From NCBI GenBank assembly GCA_963778655.1, contig CAVZVA010000005.1:128001-192000 (forward strand): 64,000 bases of DNA, written 5' to 3'. Shown in pieces: positions 58,994-64,000 of this stretch. Position 1 is the stretch's first letter. Each line of letters begins with the position of its first letter. The DNA comes from an uncultured delta proteobacterium (GTDB lineage Bacteria; Myxococcota_A; Polyangia; Polyangiales; JAFGIB01). The notes below the pieces were generated by a model. The model was not told the origin of the DNA. It ran no database searches and saw nothing but the letters and a program-made list of their open reading frames with translations. The translations under genes and the position numbers were made by a program.

Positions 58994-60427
58994 TCAGAGC
59001 CCGACCAGCGCCAGCTGGCGGCGCTGGTGGCCGGGGCGCGAGAACGCCACCGGGTAGTCGCCGGTGAAGCACGCGTTGCAGTAGCCGTTGCCGCCAACCG
59101 CCGCGTGCAGGCCCTCGACGCTGAGGTAGCCGAGCGAGTCGCAGGTGATGTAGCGGCCGATTTCCTCGACGCTGTGGTTGCTGGCGATCAGCTCGCTGCG
59201 CGAGGGCGTGTCGATGCCGTAGAAGCACGGCCAGCGCGTGGGCGGCGCGCTGATGCGCAGGTGCACCTCGGTGGCGCCGGCGTGGCGCAGCATCTTGACG
59301 ATCTTGCGGCTGGTGGTGCCGCGCACCAGCGAATCGTCGACCACCACCACGCGCTTGCCCTCGAGCACGCCCCGCACCGGATTGAGCTTGAGCCGCACGC
59401 CGAAGTGGCGGATCGAGGACTGCGGCTCGATGAAGGTGCGACCCACGTAGTGGCTGCGGATCAGCCCCAGCTCGAAGGGGATGGAGGCGGCCTGGGCGTA
59501 GCCCAGCGCCGCGGCCACCCCGCTGTCGGGCACCGGCACCACCACGTCGGCCTCGGCCGGCGCCTCGCGCGCCAGCGTGCGGCCGAGCCGCTTGCGCGCC
59601 TCGTAGACGCTGATGCCGTTGAGCACCGAGTCGGGCCGAGCGAAGTACACGTACTCGAAGATGCACATGTGACGCTCGGCCTCGCCGAACGGATAGAAGC
59701 TCTCCAGCCCGCGCTCGCTCACCACCACCATCTCGCCGGGCTCCACGTCGCGCACGTACTCGGCGGCGATCAGGTCGAACGCGGGCGGCTCGGAGGCGAA
59801 CACCCAGCCGTCGCCGAAACGCCCGATCGACAGCGGGCGGAAGCCGTTGGGGTCGCGCACCGCGATCAGGTGCTCGCCGGTCAGGAACAGCAAGGAGAAC
59901 GCGCCGCGCACCTGGCGCAGGGCATCGGCCACGCGGTCGACGTGGGTCTTTTGCCGCGAGTGGGCGATCAGGTGGACCAGCACCTCGCTATCGCTGGTGG
60001 ACTGGAAGATCGACCCGTTCGACTCCAGCCGGCTGCGCAGCTCCTCGTAGTTGGTGAGGTTGCCGTTGTGCGCCACCGCCAGCGAGCCGAGCTCGTAGTC
60101 GACCGCCAATGGCTGCGCGTTCTTGAGGTGCGAGCCGCCCGCGGTCGAGTAGCGCACGTGGCCGATCGCGCGATCGCCCTCGAGTTGCTTGAGGATCGCC
60201 TCGGTGAACACGTCGCGCACCAACCCGAGGTCGCGGTGCATGCTGAGGTGCCCGTTGTCGGTGGCGGCAATCCCCGCGCTCTCCTGGCCGCGGTGCTGCA
60301 GCGCGTGTAGTCCCAGGTAGGTCAGATTGGCCGCTTCGCTGGAGCCGAAGATGCCGAACAAACCGCACTCGTCGTGAAAGTGGTCGTCGTCGAAATCCGC
60401 GTCGGGGTCGTCGGTTGCCTCAGGCAC
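58994..60427 (-). CDS. purF: Amidophosphoribosyltransferase (Fe-S, propeptide type)
   Basis: [36 protein letters not shown], and Cys ligands CIFE, CFYG, CNACF. Confidence 0.96.
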   Translation of the reverse strand: MPEATDDPDADFDDDHFHDECGLFGIFGSSEAANLTYLGLHALQHRGQESAGIAATDNGHLSMHRDLGLVRDVFTEAILKQLEGDRAIGHVRYSTAGGSHLKNAQPLAVDYELGSLAVAHNGNLTNYEELRSRLESNGSIFQSTSDSEVLVHLIAHSRQKTHVDRVADALRQVRGAFSLLFLTGEHLIAVRDPNGFRPLSIGRFGDGWVFASEPPAFDLIAAEYVRDVEPGEMVVVSERGLESFYPFGEAERHMCIFEYVYFARPDSVLNGISVYEARKRLGRTLAREAPAEADVVVPVPDSGVAAALGYAQAASIPFELGLIRSHYVGRTFIEPQSSIRHFGVRLKLNPVRGVLEGKRVVVVDDSLVRGTTSRKIVKMLRHAGATEVHLRISAPPTRWPCFYGIDTPSRSELIASNHSVEEIGRYITCDSLGYLSVEGLHAAVGGNGYCNACFTGDYPVAFSRPGHQRRQLALVGL

Positions 60428-60619
60428 GCGCGATCCATAGCGCCGGGCGACCCGAACGTCTACATTGGTGCGCCCCGATCCGGCCCCCGATTCGGCCCGC
60501 TGGCTCGCTGCCGTCGCGCGGCGGGTGCGGCGGTTCGGACTGGCTCGCCGGCCGGTGTGCGTCGGATTCACGGGTGCGCGAGCGCCCGAGTCGAGCTTTT
60601 CCGGATTTCCGTTTCCCTC

Positions 60620-63286
60620 ATGCTGCTTCGCCCCATCGACACCTTGCTGCCGCGCGCTTCGCGCAGCTTCGGGGGCAAGGCCAAGAACCTGGCGATCCTG
60701 GTGCGCGCCGGCTTTCCGGTGCCGGCGGCGTATGCCCTGTCCAGCGAGGCGGCCACGCAGCACTTCGATCGCGCGCTGCCGCCCGCGCTGCGCCCTGCCT
60801 ACCTGCTGTCGCACCCGCCGATCGCAGAGGCCGATCTGGCGAGCGCGCGCGAGCGCGTGCTGCAGACCGATCTCGCCCCCGAGCTGAGCCGCGAGCTGCT
60901 GCGATCGTTCGACGCGCTGAAGGCGGCCTCGGCGCTGGGCGTGGCGGTGCGTTCGTCGAGCACGCTCGAGGACCAGGGCGTGGCATCGGCCGCGGGCCTG
61001 CACATCTCGGCGCTCAACGTGACCGAAGGCGCGGCGCTGCTCGACGCCGTGCGCCGCTGCTTCGCGCAGGTGTTTTCCTCGCGCGTGGTCGCCTATGCAC
61101 AGAGCCTCGGGCTCTCGGCGGCGGGCGAGATGGGCGTGGTGATCCAGGCGATGGTGCCCGCCGACGTCGCAGGCGTGCTGTTCACGGTCAACCCGCTCAC
61201 CGGCGATCCCGAGGAGATCGTGATCGACGCCAGCTACGGTCTGGGCGCGGGCGTCACCGGCGGCCGCACCGTGCCGGACACCTACCGCATCCACAAGGCC
61301 AGCGGTTGGGTGCGCGACCGCGTGATCGGCGACAAGCGCGTGCGGCTGGTGGCGGTGCCCGGCGGCGGCGTGCGCGAGGAGCCCGTGCCCGCGTCGCTGG
61401 CTCAGAAGCAGGCGCTCGACGAGCACATGCTGGCGCAGCTGGTGGCGCTCGGGCGCAGGGTCGAGGAGCATTTCGGCGACGCGCGCGACATCGAGTTTGC
61501 AGTAGCCGGCGACAGCGTCTACCTGCTGCAGGCGCGCGCGGTCACCGCCGCCCTGTTGCGTCCGGCGCGGGCGCGAGGCCGCCGCCGCAAGCGCCTCGAG
61601 AGCGACGTCAGCGGGCTGGTGTGGTCGAATCTCAACGTGGGCGAGGCCCTGCCCGGCGTGGCCACGCCGCTCACCTGGTCGGTGCTCTCGGAGTTCAGCG
61701 AGCTCGGATTTCGGGAAGCATTCGCGGCGCTCGGCTGCAAGGTGCCCAAGGAGGCGACGCTGGTCGGCAACTTCCGCGGCCGCATCTACCTCAACTTGAG
61801 CGAGCTCACGCAGATCGCGGCGCAGGTGCCGGGGCTCCGCCCGAGCCTGGTGCTGCCGCTGGGCGGCGGCAGCGAGATCGCGCGGCTGGAGCAGGAGCGC
61901 AAGCGACCGAGCCCTGCGGCGTTCCTGCTGCGGCTGCCGGCCACCGCCGCGCGCTTCAGCCGCTCCAACCTCGGCTTCAGTCGCCGCGTGGTCGAGCTCG
62001 AACGCGCGTTCGAGGCCGAACGACTGCGCATCGAGCGCGTCGATCTGCGCATCCTGTCGTCGAGCGCGCTCGACGAGACCTTGTCGGATGCGCACCGCCT
62101 GCTCGAGCACGGCGGCACCATGCTGCTGACCGCATACGGGGGGCTGCTGGCGGTGCTGGCCCCCCTGCGCGCGGCCTTGCTGCTGCTCAAGGGCGAGCAG
62201 GCCGGCCGCGTGCAACACGCGCTGATGTCGGCGATAGAGGACGTGGAGAGCGCGGGCCCCGGCCACGAGATCCTGAAGGTCACCGCGGCGTTCGCGGCCG
62301 ATGAGGCCGCGCGCGCGCGCCTGCTCGAAGGCGACCACGCGCTCTCGCCGCAGCAGCTGCCCGTGGGCCCGGCGCGGCGCGCGGTCGAGGCCTTCCTGCG
62401 CCTGTACGGGCACCGCGCGGTGCGCGAGGCCGAGCTGATCGAGCCGCGCTGGCGAGAGGATCCGAGCATGCTGTTCGACGCCGTGCGGGTGCAGCTGCGC
62501 AGGACCGGCGGAGACCCCGAAGCACTGCTGCGGCGGCGCGTCGAGTCGGCGCGGGCGGCGGGCGAGGCGGCGCTTGCGAGCCTGCCGCTGCTGGTGCGCC
62601 CTCCGCTGCGCGCCCTGCTCTCGAGCGTGCGCACCTACCTGCGCCTGCGCGAGCGGCTGCGTTCGGACGTGGTGCACGCGCTCGGGCTGCTGCGCGCGCT
62701 GGCGCTGGACGCCTCGCGCCGGCTGGCCGTGCGCGAGCCGGACATCGGTGAGGACGCTGCCTTCTTCCTGACTCTGGACGAGCTGCACGGGGTGTTGCGC
62801 GGAGAGGTGCGTTCGGTCGCGGCGCTGGTGCGCCGGCGCCACGCCCAATACGAGCGCGACCGCAGCCTGCCCGACCCGCCCGCGACCTTCGTGGGTTATC
62901 CGCCGCCGCCCGGCGCTGCGTCCGGGTCGCCGCCGCCTGCGCCGCCGGCAGGCGACGCGCGAGAGTGCCTCTCGGGGCTGGGCGCGAGCGCCGGCGCGGC
63001 CGAGGGCGCGGTGCGCGTGATGCGCTCGGCCGCCGACGCCGCCAGCTTGCTGCCGGGAGAGATCCTGGTCGTGCCCGCGGCCGACGTGGGCTGGGTGCCG
63101 CTGTTCGTGGCGGCCGGCGCGCTGGTGACCGACGTGGGCGGCCCGCTCTCACACGCCTGCGTGGTCGCGCGCGAGCTCGGCCTGCCCGCGGTGGTCAACG
63201 TGCGCACGGCCACCCGCGCGCTCATCACCGGGGAGCGCGTGCGCGTGGACGGCGACGCCGGCACCGTGCAGCGGCTGCGAGCGTGA
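60620..63286 (+). CDS. PEP-synthase/rifampin phosphotransferase-like protein (ATP-grasp, middle domain, His-swivel)
   Basis: [32 protein letters not shown] and C-terminal [19 protein letters not shown]. Confidence 0.88.
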   Translation: MLLRPIDTLLPRASRSFGGKAKNLAILVRAGFPVPAAYALSSEAATQHFDRALPPALRPAYLLSHPPIAEADLASARERVLQTDLAPELSRELLRSFDALKAASALGVAVRSSSTLEDQGVASAAGLHISALNVTEGAALLDAVRRCFAQVFSSRVVAYAQSLGLSAAGEMGVVIQAMVPADVAGVLFTVNPLTGDPEEIVIDASYGLGAGVTGGRTVPDTYRIHKASGWVRDRVIGDKRVRLVAVPGGGVREEPVPASLAQKQALDEHMLAQLVALGRRVEEHFGDARDIEFAVAGDSVYLLQARAVTAALLRPARARGRRRKRLESDVSGLVWSNLNVGEALPGVATPLTWSVLSEFSELGFREAFAALGCKVPKEATLVGNFRGRIYLNLSELTQIAAQVPGLRPSLVLPLGGGSEIARLEQERKRPSPAAFLLRLPATAARFSRSNLGFSRRVVELERAFEAERLRIERVDLRILSSSALDETLSDAHRLLEHGGTMLLTAYGGLLAVLAPLRAALLLLKGEQAGRVQHALMSAIEDVESAGPGHEILKVTAAFAADEAARARLLEGDHALSPQQLPVGPARRAVEAFLRLYGHRAVREAELIEPRWREDPSMLFDAVRVQLRRTGGDPEALLRRRVESARAAGEAALASLPLLVRPPLRALLSSVRTYLRLRERLRSDVVHALGLLRALALDASRRLAVREPDIGEDAAFFLTLDELHGVLRGEVRSVAALVRRRHAQYERDRSLPDPPATFVGYPPPPGAASGSPPPAPPAGDARECLSGLGASAGAAEGAVRVMRSAADAASLLPGEILVVPAADVGWVPLFVAAGALVTDVGGPLSHACVVARELGLPAVVNVRTATRALITGERVRVDGDAGTVQRLRA

Positions 63287-64000
63287 GCGGCAAAGCTCCC
63301 GAGGTTCGCGTGCTGCACCGCGACCGCGAGCTGCTGGTGCTGGCCAAGCCGAGCGGTCTGCCCACCACCAGCCCCACGCAGGCGCGCACCCTGGTGCAGG
63401 TCGCGCGCGAGCTCGACCCGCGCGCGCCGCGCCTGCACCCGAGCTCGCGGCTCGACGCCGAGGTCAGCGGGGTGGTGGTGTTCGCGCGCACCAGCCGCGC
63501 GATCGCGCAACTGCTCGCGGCGCGGCGCGCGGGCCGCTACAGCCGCGGCTACTTCGCGCTCGCCGCGGGCCCGCCCGAGCCCGCCAGCGGGTCGTGGGAG
63601 GCGGCGATCGCCCTCGACCCGCGCGACCCGCGCCGGCGCGTGGCTGCGGCCGAGGGCAGCCCGGGCGCACGCGCGGCCTGCACGCGCTACCGCACCTTGG
63701 CGCGCGCCACCGGCTGCGCGGCGCTTTGGCTGGAGCCGCAGACCGGCCGTACCCACCAGCTCCGGGTGCACGCGGCGCACGCAGGCGTGCCCCTGCTCGG
63801 CGATCGGCTCTACGGCGGCCCGCGCCGCAGCGTGCTGGCCGACGGCAGCGTGGTCGCGCTGCACCGCGCGGCCCTGCACTGCACGCGCGTGCGCATCCCC
63901 GATCCCGCGGGCGGCGCCGAGCTGTGCTTCGAGGCCCCGCTGCCCGAGGATTCTGCTCGCGACCTGGCACGCGCTGGGCGGAGCCGCACTGGTGCTGCCG
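63283..64000 (+). CDS. RluA-family pseudouridine synthase (runs off the window)
   Basis: Own translation from GTG at 63283 (GTGA overlap): KPSGL, SRLDAEVSG, TGRTHQLRVH, PLLGDRLYG, ALHC. Confidence 0.88.
   Translation, partial: MSGKAPEVRVLHRDRELLVLAKPSGLPTTSPTQARTLVQVARELDPRAPRLHPSSRLDAEVSGVVVFARTSRAIAQLLAARRAGRYSRGYFALAAGPPEPASGSWEAAIALDPRDPRRRVAAAEGSPGARAACTRYRTLARATGCAALWLEPQTGRTHQLRVHAAHAGVPLLGDRLYGGPRRSVLADGSVVALHRAALHCTRVRIPDPAGGAELCFEAPLPEDSARDLARAGRSRTGAA

Noticed and set aside
58994..62848. 1284 aa PurF fusion suggested by the ORF track
   Set aside because: The N-terminal extension is the antisense shadow of the + strand dikinase-like gene. PurF needs Cys1 near its N-terminus, so the start is ~60427.

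Overview
Very GC-rich bacterial chromosome segment. The organism is inferred to be a myxobacterium (Myxococcota, Polyangiales-like) from its Cys-rich lipoproteins, ECF/anti-sigma module, PEGA-TPR, AgmX-type and TSP3-OmpA proteins. About 50 genes are called. Housekeeping genes include dapA-dapB, queA-tgt, malQ-glgX/glgP, a cis-prenyltransferase, a cyclohydrolase-only purH, purD, tsaC, purU, purF, two RluA-family synthases, ddl and nudC. A Liv-type ABC transporter cluster with an acyl-CoA synthetase and a MerR-type regulator is also present, along with many envelope lipoproteins. I found no transposase, integrase, CRISPR array, rRNA or tRNA. Most of the unexplained structure is non-coding: (i) a ~400 nt structured spacer after tgt with a ~205 nt rod hairpin plus small hairpins (unknown ncRNA, orphan retron-like msr/msd, or MITE); (ii) six copies of a dispersed 9-nt-periodic palindromic repeat; (iii) a 192 bp MITE-like element whose ends supply the stop codons of two convergent genes; (iv) a second ~169 bp end-to-end palindrome after tsaC. 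Protein oddities include an anti-sigma-like membrane protein with its own sigma-4 domain, half of PurH coupled to purD, a GFFG-repeat lipoprotein, a ~28-unit Ser-Pro-Gly hexapeptide array and a degenerate adenylation P-loop. All calls come from reading the sequence by eye; no searches or folding programs were run.
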